Part shown: positions 18,749 to 27,796 of the stretch, one piece after another
Position numbering within the stretch: the stretch's first letter is position 1
How the letters are laid out: every line of letters begins with the position of its first letter
Origin: a virus
Lineage: Duplodnaviria; Heunggongvirae; Uroviricota; Caudoviricetes
DNA length: 64,000 nt
Reading direction: 5' to 3' (one strand)
IMG/VR virus record: IMGVR_UViG_3300033146_002139
Coordinates: 103,707-167,706 of that record
Notes under the pieces: generated by a model
What the model was told of the DNA's origin: nothing
Seen by the model: the letters and a program-made list of their open reading frames with translations, nothing else
Database searches by the model: none
Translations under genes and position numbers: made by a program

Positions 18749-18949
18749 TTAGCAAGTCTTTTTCATTTCTTCTACCGTAGTATTGAGACTTAGCCAATCG
18801 GCTGAAGTTTCAAATAGCCGTTTAGCCGTTTCACTGGCCAATCCATATTCAAATCCGCATTTACAACAGGTGAATTTTTTTTCACTCTCATTGCCTAGAT
18901 TTTGTTTTGAAAAAGAGCATTTGCATTTCGGGCAACCTTTGTTTGTCAT
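18749..18949 (-). CDS. small zinc-ribbon protein
   Basis: CPKCKCSF...CCKCGFEY; it overlaps the weaker ORF 18597-18797, whose true start is uncertain. Confidence 0.4.
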   Translation of the reverse strand: MTNKGCPKCKCSFSKQNLGNESEKKFTCCKCGFEYGLASETAKRLFETSADWLSLNTTVEEMKKTC

Positions 18950-19144
18950 TTAATTCTCCTTTGCGAATTTATTCAACTCTTTCTTGTATTTAATTATTTC
19001 TTCATTTGTAGCGTGGTATATAGTGGTCATTTTACAATCCCAATCGTCTTGTGTGTAAGTAGAAAAGATACAGTCCTTACAGTTTCCGTCAGGATGAGAA
19101 TGACAATAATCCCTCATTAGTGTTATGTAATCTTTACTTTTCAC
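18950..19144 (-). CDS. small hypothetical protein (His/Cys-containing)
   Basis: 64-aa ORF with CHSHPDGNCKDC. Confidence 0.4.
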   Translation of the reverse strand: MKSKDYITLMRDYCHSHPDGNCKDCIFSTYTQDDWDCKMTTIYHATNEEIIKYKKELNKFAKEN

Positions 19145-19385
19145 CTATTCTCCTATGTTTTAGACCTAGTAGATTTATTTCATCATTTGTCAACATATCT
19201 ATTCCCCAAAATCCACAACCTTTAAATAATGCGTAGTCTATATCTTTTGTTAATAGATATATTTTACTTGCCCTTCTAACATCTTTTGCATCGGCCATAA
19301 ATCCATTTGCCAAAAGAAAACTATATATTTTTCTTGCTGTAAAAGTAATTCTTAACGCTCCTATTGTTTTGCAAAATATATTCAC
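19134..19385 (-). CDS. small hypothetical protein
   Basis: 83-aa ORF overlapping both neighbours by a few nt. Confidence 0.4.
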   Translation of the reverse strand: MNIFCKTIGALRITFTARKIYSFLLANGFMADAKDVRRASKIYLLTKDIDYALFKGCGFWGIDMLTNDEINLLGLKHRRIGEK

Positions 19386-20642
19386 TTAATTCTCCAATTC
19401 TATAAGATATTTTATTGTTGTCTGATTTCCTCTGTAGACAATCATTTCATTATTCTTTAAATCTATTCCTCCATGCGCGAAAACAGAATCATAGTCTCCT
19501 TTATTTTTTAATGTGTTAGCTGAAAGATTATAACAGCTTGAATCGTGTTTATGTATATCCATTTGCTTTCCAGTGTGAACTTTAAATACCGCCATAAATC
19601 CCGTATTATCACTACCACCTGACCAATAAGAACCTCTTAAAGATGTATATCCAAGAGATTTTCTTGCTTTATCTGCAAAGTATATCCCATCACCAAACAT
19701 AGAACCTGTGTAAACTGCAGAAGATGGTCTTATTAAAAGTCCTGTCTTCATTATATTTATAAAGTTCTCATTCCTGGAGCCGTGGAATAACAATGCTGTC
19801 GTTTTATCTTTGGAATCGGCAATGTTTTTATTAAAAACTTTTAATGTAGCTTTATTTGTAACTTCGTATGCCGTTTTAAACTTGTTAGATATTCCGCCAA
19901 GATGTTTTTTAATTTCAACTTCCTGTTTTGGATTGATTGTACTAACAGAAATACCAAGGACATCCAACATTGTTTTGTTGTCTAAAGTTTCTCCGGTTTC
20001 TTCTTCAGCCTCTAGTATCCCTACTTTTGTTGCCATAGAATCAAGATTGTCCTGTTCTTGTATAAGCATTTTTTTTATTTCAGCTACATTTTTTCTTAAA
20101 ATACCTGCCGTTTCTTCTATGAGATGGTCTGATACTCTCCCCATTCTTCGAGGTATTACCTGAAATAGGTCTGTAAGTGTTTCGTTGAAAAAGGTTACTT
20201 CTCTGCCTGTTTTAGCGTTAGAAAATAAGATATTTAGTAGTCTTTGTGCTTCGTCAACTTGCGACTGAGTAACAGACTCGGCAGATACAGTATAATTCGC
20301 TGCCACAGACTTGTTGGTATAATTCATTAATTGGATTATCAATTTTTCTATAACGGCGTTAGGAATTGGAGTATATCCAGATGATTTCGAGACAACCTTA
20401 ATCGAACGTCTTTCTGTTTCATCTTTATATCCTTTTGCTATTTTAGACTTATATACTTTATCCCATTTGTACATAGGGTAAATCTTCTCAGCCATACTAG
20501 CCCCATATCTTCCATACTCGGCTCTAAATCTGTCTCCGGTGATTTCTGTCATTCTATAAATCTTGTTGTTGTTTCTTCCCCCTGTTCCGTTTACCATTAT
20601 TAGCTCTACTGCTTGTCCATTCTCCACGTTTCCTGCTAACAA
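19386..20642 (-). CDS. PARP-like ADP-ribosyltransferase (WGR domain + helical region + H-Y-E catalytic domain)
   Basis: WGR-like N-terminus (KIYRMTEITGDRFRAEYGRYGAS...KWDKVYKSKIAKGYKDET). Catalytic LLFHGSRNENFINIMKTGLL (His-Gly-Ser), GSMFGDGIYFADKARKS (Tyr) and NNEMIVYRGNQ (Glu) match the PARP1-type H-Y-E signature. Confidence 0.75.
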   Translation of the reverse strand: MLAGNVENGQAVELIMVNGTGGRNNNKIYRMTEITGDRFRAEYGRYGASMAEKIYPMYKWDKVYKSKIAKGYKDETERRSIKVVSKSSGYTPIPNAVIEKLIIQLMNYTNKSVAANYTVSAESVTQSQVDEAQRLLNILFSNAKTGREVTFFNETLTDLFQVIPRRMGRVSDHLIEETAGILRKNVAEIKKMLIQEQDNLDSMATKVGILEAEEETGETLDNKTMLDVLGISVSTINPKQEVEIKKHLGGISNKFKTAYEVTNKATLKVFNKNIADSKDKTTALLFHGSRNENFINIMKTGLLIRPSSAVYTGSMFGDGIYFADKARKSLGYTSLRGSYWSGGSDNTGFMAVFKVHTGKQMDIHKHDSSCYNLSANTLKNKGDYDSVFAHGGIDLKNNEMIVYRGNQTTIKYLIELEN

Positions 20643-20753
20643 AAATTTACATAAATATAAACTTTTGAGTTTTACTGCTTCATCGTACTCGATTTCAATA
20701 TGATTCTCTCTACTCTCGTTGATTTTAATACTCCGCAGTCGTTAATTTCCTTA

Positions 20754-21896
20754 TTAGCCTAAGGTATTATATTTTACACAATTCTTAATATTGATACTTG
20801 CATTCAAATCTCTGTCCATTGAAAAACCACATTTGCAATTATATGTTCTATCTGTGAGCTTTAAGTCTCTTTTTATACTTCCACATTTAGAACAAGTTTT
20901 ACTACTTGGAAACCATTTGTCTATTATTCTTAGCTCAATATTATATTTTTTGCATTGTTGAGTAAGAAACTCTCTAAAATAATAAAACATTTGGTCTTTA
21001 ATTGCTTTTGATAAATGCTTATTTTTCAACATACTTTTAATTTTCAAATCTTCAATACTAATAAATTTTGGGTTTAGACTAACCAGTGAATTTACTACAA
21101 ATCTTACACATTCGACTCTAATATTGCTTAAGCGATAATGTAATCTTTGAACTCTTAATTTGTTTTTATATATGTTTCTGCTAGACTCTCCTTTTGTCTT
21201 AGTTTTAAATTTACGACTTAATTGTCGCTGTGATTTTTTTAATTTCTTTTCTAATCTTTTTATTTTCTTAGTTTTGTTTATATTTTTAAAGAATTCACCC
21301 TCACTTGTAACCGCAAATTCTTTAATTCCTAAATCGATTCCGATAGCTTTAGTTTTCTTTTTTGGATTCATCTTTTTGGATTCTTCCTCAACTAAAACAC
21401 TTACAAAGTATCTATCAGCTATTCGAGATACAGTTCCGGACTTAACTTTAGAATTTAAGGGAATATATCCAAATTCTTTTAATCTTACAAATCCTAATGT
21501 GGGGATTTTAATTCTATGTCTTTCTAAAGTCCAATCATTTTTATTGTTCTTAGGTAGGTACATCTTGACTTTGCTATCTTTCTTTTTAAATCTTGGAAAT
21601 TTAGACTGTTTTTTAAAAAACTTCTTAAATGCCTTTTCTCCATTGAAAATAGACTGCTTTACAGATTTACTACTAACTTCTTTTATCCAGGAAAATTCCT
21701 TGTTAAATAATAGAAAATTATTATTAAGCCACTTGCTGAAGCTCATTGCAGATACAAATCTTTGTTCTTTTTCGTAAATCTCTTTATTGTATTTCAAGTA
21801 AAAATTATAAATAAATCTACAAGTCCCAAGAGTTTTATGCACTTTTTCTTTCTGCTTATCGTTTAGCTTTATTTCTATTTTATAGGATTTTAGCAT
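20754..21896 (-). CDS. tnpB: TnpB (OrfB, RuvC-like RNA-guided nuclease family)
   Basis: OrfB N-terminal domain, RuvC-I IGIDLGIKEFAVT, RuvC-II ISIEDLKIKSM, CSKCGS...CKCGF zinc finger, and RuvC-III DRDLNASINI. Confidence 0.8.
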   Translation of the reverse strand: MLKSYKIEIKLNDKQKEKVHKTLGTCRFIYNFYLKYNKEIYEKEQRFVSAMSFSKWLNNNFLLFNKEFSWIKEVSSKSVKQSIFNGEKAFKKFFKKQSKFPRFKKKDSKVKMYLPKNNKNDWTLERHRIKIPTLGFVRLKEFGYIPLNSKVKSGTVSRIADRYFVSVLVEEESKKMNPKKKTKAIGIDLGIKEFAVTSEGEFFKNINKTKKIKRLEKKLKKSQRQLSRKFKTKTKGESSRNIYKNKLRVQRLHYRLSNIRVECVRFVVNSLVSLNPKFISIEDLKIKSMLKNKHLSKAIKDQMFYYFREFLTQQCKKYNIELRIIDKWFPSSKTCSKCGSIKRDLKLTDRTYNCKCGFSMDRDLNASINIKNCVKYNTLG

Positions 21897-22307
21897 CTAA
21901 AACTCTTTTGAAATTAAGTCAAGACTTTTAGTAATTTTAAATGCTGTATTATTCTCTGCGTTTTCGGCTTTTACTTTATACTTTGAGATAAAAGCTCCTT
22001 TCTCTAGTATGCCTATTTTTAGATAACCATCTTTATATTCTCCAAAAGCAGTACAATTATCATCTCCTACATTGATACTAAAGCCTGAAAATGTAAAAAC
22101 ATCTTCAGAAATTCTTGTTACAAGGTTCTTGTGTAGCATTGCATAGCCATGTACTCCTCCCATGTAGTCAAAATACTGAGACTCTGAATAATATCTAGTA
22201 CCACCGTCTGTTATTTTGACTGGAATTAAAGAACGGTTTTTATGCCAAGTCCTTAAAGTCTTGGATGTGACACCTATTTTTTTTGCAAATTTACCTGATG
22301 AAAACAT
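21897..22307 (-). CDS. MerR-type HTH protein resembling the N-terminal DNA-binding domain of IS607 TnpA but without a serine-recombinase catalytic domain
   Basis: KFAKKIGVTSKTLRTWHKNRSLIPVKITDGGTRYY (MerR-like HTH). The rest (136 aa in total) has no S-recombinase motif. It abuts tnpB (stop to start 21897/21896). Confidence 0.5.
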   Translation of the reverse strand: MFSSGKFAKKIGVTSKTLRTWHKNRSLIPVKITDGGTRYYSESQYFDYMGGVHGYAMLHKNLVTRISEDVFTFSGFSINVGDDNCTAFGEYKDGYLKIGILEKGAFISKYKVKAENAENNTAFKITKSLDLISKEF

Positions 22308-22392
22308 TTGTTCCTCCTATTTTATTTAAAGATACAACAAAAGGATATAAAAGTCAAGGTTTTTTTAAATAAGTATAGATTTGTTTCCTCCT

Positions 22393-24669
22393 TTATCTTT
22401 TGACGACTTCTCCTGGCTGATTTTTTAAGAAGTTGGAATTTTCATCGTTCTTCTTAACGGCAATGCCGGATTGGTCCTCGTACATTTCACGGGTTAATCG
22501 TTGGTCTTTCCCTTCCGTAATTATCCCTCTGTCTCTTATAAACTCTGTATACATAGCTCCTTTATAGCCTGATAATTTGTTTTTTGCATATTTTGTTTTT
22601 ACTGCAACCTTTTCTGCATCAATACCTATATCACTATTGAAGCATAATAGCCATACTAGATTTGCATTATAAGCAAATTTTCCTGTTTCCATAATATCAT
22701 CTAATGTAGGTTCTTTATACCTTCCATCGTGACTACTTTTCTTTCTTAATTCTACCGTAACAAATAATGGGATATTATAGGTATCTACTAAGTTTTTAAC
22801 TAGATTTGCTCTAAGTATATTTTGAAGTCTCAAATCCATATGTCCTACATCAAGATTAAAAACTCCATCTATAAGAACCATAACATCTTTACTTTTATAA
22901 CTTTCAATAGTCTTTTCTAGGTGGTATCTTAAAATGTCGTAGCTCACGATAGTTTCTATGTCAAATATCAACAATCTATCATTTAGCCATTCTTGTAATT
23001 TATTTGTCGCATATGTGTATATACCTCGAAGAGACATCATTTCTATTCTTGTTTCTGCATTAACACCATCATCAGCTTTTATTTCAAACTCTATATTAGC
23101 AACATCAGACAAATGTCTAGGTTTTTGTATTTGGTTTATAGTCAAATTTCCTTGACTTAAAATTGCTACAATTCTGTTTATCATTATGTCGAAATTATCA
23201 TCAAGTGAATATATTATTTGGTAGAGCTTTTTGTTTGATATCATTGCATCTACGAACACATTTAAAGAAATCTGTGTGTTGTGGGTAAGTATAAAATCTT
23301 TAGTAGCATAAAGATGGTCTTTTGAATCAACAGATATGCAAGTAGCATAATCATCAAAAGCATATTCTATTGATTTAATATAATTATATTCTCCCTTTTT
23401 TGCAGGTTTTACTTTTTCAGCTTTTCTTTTTAACTTAAAAGGATTTATGTCAGAGCTGAATTTTACATACACTCTGTAATTTATCCTAGTTTCCTTGTAA
23501 GAGCCATCTGCTAATTTATATCCTCCCATTCTTTGAGAGAAAGATGCTCTAGCCCCTAACGACCTAGCAATCTGAATTACATTGTCTTTTAGTTTTTCGG
23601 AAGTAGTAGAATACTCCGTAACTCTGCTACTCTCCACATAAGAACCGTCTGTATCAAACAACCCTCTTAGCATTTCTAGTCTATCATCTATTGTTGACAT
23701 TAGGTAATCCGACGGTATGAATTTTTCAAAACTTTTTTTATTTTTTAATCCATAGCTATCCAATACTCTTCTGAAGTCCTGTATTCCAGAGACGAAGTAA
23801 TCGCAATTATCTCCCTTTCTCTTTTTTAAAACCCCTTTGTGTTTTTTAAGTAGCATATTAAAGTCGTCAACCATCTCCTTGTCTAAAGATGCAAATCCAA
23901 AAAAATTCCCTGAATAACAACCATCTCCAAGAAACATCCCTAGTAAATAAGGGTGCATTTTTAATTCTTTTTTTGCATACTGAACAGGAGCTATTCTTTT
24001 TATTGCGTGTCTTTTTGCCCCGTTATTGCGGTGTAATGTTGCAACGATTTCTTTAGTAGTTTTTATAGAACCAGTCTTTTCTCCTTTTCTATTTTTATTG
24101 GTATAGGTGTACCATCTATGTTCTAAATCAGCAAAAGTAATAGACCCATCAGACATAGTAACTTTGTAAAGAGGTCTCTTATTTTGAGGGAAAACATCTA
24201 AAACTTTGGTAGGTTTTCCGTCTGACCCTATAACAAAATCTCCGACTTTTAAGTCCCCATTTTTTACATATCCATCTGGAGTTGGAATGAGTTCATTGTC
24301 CCAAAGCGCCTTTCCGATATTACTAGCCCCTCCTATAATGTATAGCCCATTCTGAACCCCATCCAATAAACCTTCTGTCTGACTAAATGTTCTCAGTTTA
24401 TGCCCTATTAAATCTTCTCTTGCATAATCCCTTGTTATCTTATCTGATAATCTTTTTTTCAAATCAGGGACTTCGTATTCGGTATAAGTACCTGCTACTG
24501 AATTTGAAAACAGGTTTGATACAAATTCTACATCGTTATCGCTAAACTCACTTACCTTTGTTCCGGTTTTCTTTTCTATAAAATCAACAAACTCTGATAC
24601 GAAAAACATCCTGTTTGTTTCTGGGATATCCTGCTTAGGAGTGTTGTTGAATATTTCAGCATGATTCAT
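22393..24669 (-). CDS. DnaB-like replicative helicase interrupted by an intein
   Basis: The Walker A GGASNIGK | TQISL is split by a 344-aa insert. The C-extein has Walker B VMVLIDGVFNLD and a RecA-fold C-terminal domain. ATGA-coupled to the primase. Confidence 0.8.
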   Translation of the reverse strand: MNHAEIFNNTPKQDIPETNRMFFVSEFVDFIEKKTGTKVSEFSDNDVEFVSNLFSNSVAGTYTEYEVPDLKKRLSDKITRDYAREDLIGHKLRTFSQTEGLLDGVQNGLYIIGGASNIGKALWDNELIPTPDGYVKNGDLKVGDFVIGSDGKPTKVLDVFPQNKRPLYKVTMSDGSITFADLEHRWYTYTNKNRKGEKTGSIKTTKEIVATLHRNNGAKRHAIKRIAPVQYAKKELKMHPYLLGMFLGDGCYSGNFFGFASLDKEMVDDFNMLLKKHKGVLKKRKGDNCDYFVSGIQDFRRVLDSYGLKNKKSFEKFIPSDYLMSTIDDRLEMLRGLFDTDGSYVESSRVTEYSTTSEKLKDNVIQIARSLGARASFSQRMGGYKLADGSYKETRINYRVYVKFSSDINPFKLKRKAEKVKPAKKGEYNYIKSIEYAFDDYATCISVDSKDHLYATKDFILTHNTQISLNVFVDAMISNKKLYQIIYSLDDNFDIMINRIVAILSQGNLTINQIQKPRHLSDVANIEFEIKADDGVNAETRIEMMSLRGIYTYATNKLQEWLNDRLLIFDIETIVSYDILRYHLEKTIESYKSKDVMVLIDGVFNLDVGHMDLRLQNILRANLVKNLVDTYNIPLFVTVELRKKSSHDGRYKEPTLDDIMETGKFAYNANLVWLLCFNSDIGIDAEKVAVKTKYAKNKLSGYKGAMYTEFIRDRGIITEGKDQRLTREMYEDQSGIAVKKNDENSNFLKNQPGEVVKR
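23278..24309 (-). mobile_element. class 3 intein with LAGLIDADG homing endonuclease (within the helicase gene)
   Basis: Ala1 start (ALWDNELIPTPDG), block B GSITFADLEHRW (T..H..W), LAGLIDADG motifs LLGMFLGDG and LRGLFDTDGS, block F DDYATCISV (Cys), block G FILTHN followed by Thr+1. Together these give the WCT triplet. Confidence 0.65.
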
Positions 24670-25856
24670 ATTTTATTTTCTTCCCATAGTTTTAGTAATA
24701 AAGAATTAGCGTCTTTAATGTATCCTCCAACACCATACTGTTTTGCTATATCTTTGACCGTTCTTCTTTCTACATTAAAGCAACTATCTTGCATATAATT
24801 CATCAACACCTCCTTAGCACGTTCTCCTGGAATGTCATTATCCAATAGTAATACAATTTTATACCCTTTTAAAACATCTAGTTGCTGAAGTTTTTCACTA
24901 TCCCTCCTAGCGCTTGCATCCATAAGTGCTACAGAGTTAACCCCTAGAGTTTGAAGGCTTAGAGCATCTACGACACCTTCCGTTATAAATATAGGAGTTT
25001 TGAATTTATTAAAGCTCTTTGGAATATATAATAGAGGCTTTTCTCTTCCTCCCATATAAGAATACTTCTTGTAATTTCTTTGTGCATCTCCAACCGAGAT
25101 ACCTTGAAAATAACTTATAAACCTTTCTTTATTCCCTTGCCCTACCGGAACATCTGCATTAAAATCATCGTTGATATTATAAAAAGGTATAAGGTACGAA
25201 GAATACTTAAAAGCTACCAATCCACTAGATTCAATAGCTTCTCTTATTTTTTCATTTGGAAGTGTTTTGTTTTCCATTAAAAGGTAGCCTAATAGGGATT
25301 GCCATTCTCCATATTTAGATATCTTCTTGCCTTTTAATAACTTTTTTAGAACGTCCGCATCTTTATTTACGATGTTGTTTTCTCGAACAACTTCTTTGCT
25401 TATTTTTCTTTCTGTAACCAAATAATGGCTATCAATATCTTCGGTTAATAAAATCACCAAGCTATTGTATAAATTCTCATAATCATTAGTCGTTATCTCA
25501 TATTCCTTTTCTACTTCTGACTCGATTTTTACTTTTTTAATTTCAGCTATATAGTTTTTCTTTTTATACTTCCATAGCTTGTCTCCAGGTTTTACATCAA
25601 AATGCTCATTAAACCATTCCATTGTGTCTACAAAGTCAAGGCCTAATACTTCTTGTACTAAATCAATACTATCTGTTCCAATTCCACATCCAAAACACTT
25701 AAAGGTATTTCGCCTGATATCGAAACTTAAACTTGCAGTATTAGAGTCATGTCCCTTTATACAAGGAATATTTCTATTACCCTTGTGGTTGATATCTAAC
25801 TCTTTTGCAACGTCAAGAATTGGCACCGATTTAGCAACTTCTTCAACTCCTGCCAT
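24666..25856 (-). CDS. DnaG-type DNA primase
   Basis: CHC2 zinc finger (IPCIKGHDSNTASLSFD...FKCFGCGIGTDSIDLV) and a Toprim domain (IFITEGVVDALSL...LLLDNDIPGERA). Confidence 0.8.
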   Translation of the reverse strand: MAGVEEVAKSVPILDVAKELDINHKGNRNIPCIKGHDSNTASLSFDIRRNTFKCFGCGIGTDSIDLVQEVLGLDFVDTMEWFNEHFDVKPGDKLWKYKKKNYIAEIKKVKIESEVEKEYEITTNDYENLYNSLVILLTEDIDSHYLVTERKISKEVVRENNIVNKDADVLKKLLKGKKISKYGEWQSLLGYLLMENKTLPNEKIREAIESSGLVAFKYSSYLIPFYNINDDFNADVPVGQGNKERFISYFQGISVGDAQRNYKKYSYMGGREKPLLYIPKSFNKFKTPIFITEGVVDALSLQTLGVNSVALMDASARRDSEKLQQLDVLKGYKIVLLLDNDIPGERAKEVLMNYMQDSCFNVERRTVKDIAKQYGVGGYIKDANSLLLKLWEENKI

Positions 25857-25858
25857 CT

Positions 25859-27136
25859 TTACCCCTTATTATTTCGCCAACCTTCTTTTTTATTTATATC
25901 TCCAAGGAAGTTTAACAATCCTTTGTAAACATGAGATACTCTTAGGTTTGGAGATGATGTGTATTTTGTAAAGAAACTTTCGTATCTTTCTAAAATTTGG
26001 TTACTAGATAACATACACTCTCCGAATATATGTTGGTCTAAATGTAAAAATTGTTTTATTATGATAATTAGTTCATCTTTAGGAAAGTTTTCTAACCACC
26101 ATCTTAAAACCTTAGAATAGTCGAAATCGGATTCATCAATCGGAAGAATCATTTCTCTGTCCCATATAAAAGTATTGCTATCTATTTTACTGCAAGCATC
26201 AGATAGATAAATAGAGCGAAACTTATTTCTAGTTCTGTTGTCATTCAATTTTCTATCGAATTGATTTTTAAGTGTTTCCCATAATAAAGAATATCTTCTA
26301 CTGTATGTAGGCATCCAAGCCTTCATATCATTAGATATTCTGTCAAATTGAACACCTTTGTACTTTTGTTGCAACTGCTCTCTTTCCTTTATAGGAACAT
26401 TATCTAAGAACCAATTTATTACCTTTTCGTAACTTCCTTTTGTTCCACCGACTTTATTTAGCTTAACTCCAGTATGCCACTCTAAACCTTCTCCCTCTAT
26501 ACAAAGAGCTGCTTTGTCTACATTCATAGGTTTTCTTGAATATTGAGGGTTTATATCATCTCCGTTGTTTATAGACTCATCGAATAAGCTTCCCTTGTTA
26601 TCAGATTTGTTAGCCTTGTCTAATATTGTAGACGACTTTTCTCCCCTAGAACCCCTCTTAGAACTATAAGGTTTAATTAATCTATAATATTTATTATTAA
26701 TCTCTAATTTATTATTAATCTTTAAATCATTATTAATCTCTAATATATTATTATTAATCTCTAAGTTAATCTTTAATAAATCATAATACTTTATATTAAT
26801 TAAATTAATACTATGCGTCGCATGTACACATGAAGGATGTCTAAAATTACTTGAAAAAACTTTGATAACATCGTCATCAAAAAGCTTAATTAAATTTAAT
26901 TTTTTAAGTCTCCTTTTGTATGTCTCGATTTTCTTATCACTCCACCCATAAAGCCTGTGCAAGCTTATATTAGGGCATTTAATAACCTCATCTTCTGCTG
27001 ATGCACTTTTAGCTAGATAGTAAGTATACATAGCTAGTAAGTTAGCAGGGTCGCTCGCAGTTAGGATTATTTTAAGAGCATATTTCGGGGTTGGTAGTAT
27101 CTCAAACATCTCACTTGTTTCTATTTCTGAACTCAT
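25859..27136 (-). CDS. hypothetical protein, candidate replication initiator (carries internal iterons)
   Basis: 425 aa. Its internal repeat region encodes INNNILEINNDLKINNKLEINNKYY. It sits directly upstream of the primase and helicase genes. Confidence 0.5.
   Translation of the reverse strand: MSSEIETSEMFEILPTPKYALKIILTASDPANLLAMYTYYLAKSASAEDEVIKCPNISLHRLYGWSDKKIETYKRRLKKLNLIKLFDDDVIKVFSSNFRHPSCVHATHSINLINIKYYDLLKINLEINNNILEINNDLKINNKLEINNKYYRLIKPYSSKRGSRGEKSSTILDKANKSDNKGSLFDESINNGDDINPQYSRKPMNVDKAALCIEGEGLEWHTGVKLNKVGGTKGSYEKVINWFLDNVPIKEREQLQQKYKGVQFDRISNDMKAWMPTYSRRYSLLWETLKNQFDRKLNDNRTRNKFRSIYLSDACSKIDSNTFIWDREMILPIDESDFDYSKVLRWWLENFPKDELIIIIKQFLHLDQHIFGECMLSSNQILERYESFFTKYTSSPNLRVSHVYKGLLNFLGDINKKEGWRNNKG
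26685..26800. repeat. iteron-like direct repeats (about 4-5 copies of ATTATTAATCT(C/T)TAA at roughly 20-bp spacing)
   Basis: The sequence ...tattattaatctctaatttattattaatctttaaatcattattaatctctaatatattattattaatctctaagttaatctttaat... lies inside the CDS. Confidence 0.5.
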
Positions 27137-27161
27137 GTTTTCTTCCTTTCTTTTATAACGG

Positions 27162-27572
27162 CTATTTTTTTACTAAAGCCCAAACCTTACTTCTCAATGT
27201 GTCTGATATCATCTCTGTGTTTCTTAGGATATTGGTAACAGTTCTCCCAGTAACACTTAGTTTTTTTGCTATGCAATCGTTTTTCAATCCGTTGTGTAGT
27301 TTATACACATATAGCGATTCGCTGACAGTTAGTTCTGTTGAATGTGTCACATTCCAATCTTTTATACTCATATTCATAACTTCTGATATTTTTACTTTCC
27401 CTGAACGCTTTGGTTGCTTATCGCTGTGAACCCACATTGATAAAGAAGCTCTTGATAATCCTACCAAATCGGACAGTTCTTCAGTCGTTTTGTTTACTCG
27501 AAGCAGTTCTATTGCGAACTTTTCATTTGGCTTCAAAACAAACGTTCGAAGAGCCTGTTTTTTGTTTTTCAT
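27162..27572 (-). CDS. putative HTH transcriptional regulator
   Basis: 136 aa; the C-terminal CIAKKLSVTGRTVTNILRNTE looks like an HTH. It is the first gene of the leftward block at the divergent promoter region. Confidence 0.45.
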   Translation of the reverse strand: MKNKKQALRTFVLKPNEKFAIELLRVNKTTEELSDLVGLSRASLSMWVHSDKQPKRSGKVKISEVMNMSIKDWNVTHSTELTVSESLYVYKLHNGLKNDCIAKKLSVTGRTVTNILRNTEMISDTLRSKVWALVKK

Positions 27573-27796
27573 TTTTTGCCTTGTTAGTTAAATTATAGTT
27601 AATTACGGACAAAACCAAGATACAAAATAAATCAAATAAAGTCAAGACATTTTTTCTCTTTTTTCAATTAAGGATGATATTAATATTGCGAAAAAAAAGA
27701 GATAGTATTTTTATTAAATATATAAGATTTACTATATACCTTATATATAGGCTGTTTTTTAGTGTAAATTTATTTTACAAAAAGGAAAAATAAATG

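Noticed and set aside
1629-21777. Numerous antisense ORFs in the track (e.g. 1629-2096+, 5158-5364+, 6181-6384+, 8355-8615+, 14333-14614+, 19810-20163+, 21160-21777+)
   Set aside because: They sit opposite longer ORFs with recognisable domains and encode Phe/Leu/Ser-rich low-complexity peptides typical of the reverse strand of AT-rich coding DNA. The same applies to 28547-28759-, 29297-29587-, 34050-34397-, 51739-52364-, 54858-55517- and 57093-58879-.
26685-26800. Possible CRISPR array (short repeats)
   Set aside because: The repeats are 14-15 bp, imperfect and irregularly spaced, have no spacer-like unique inserts, and lie inside a protein-coding frame. They are better explained as iterons. 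No cas genes are present.
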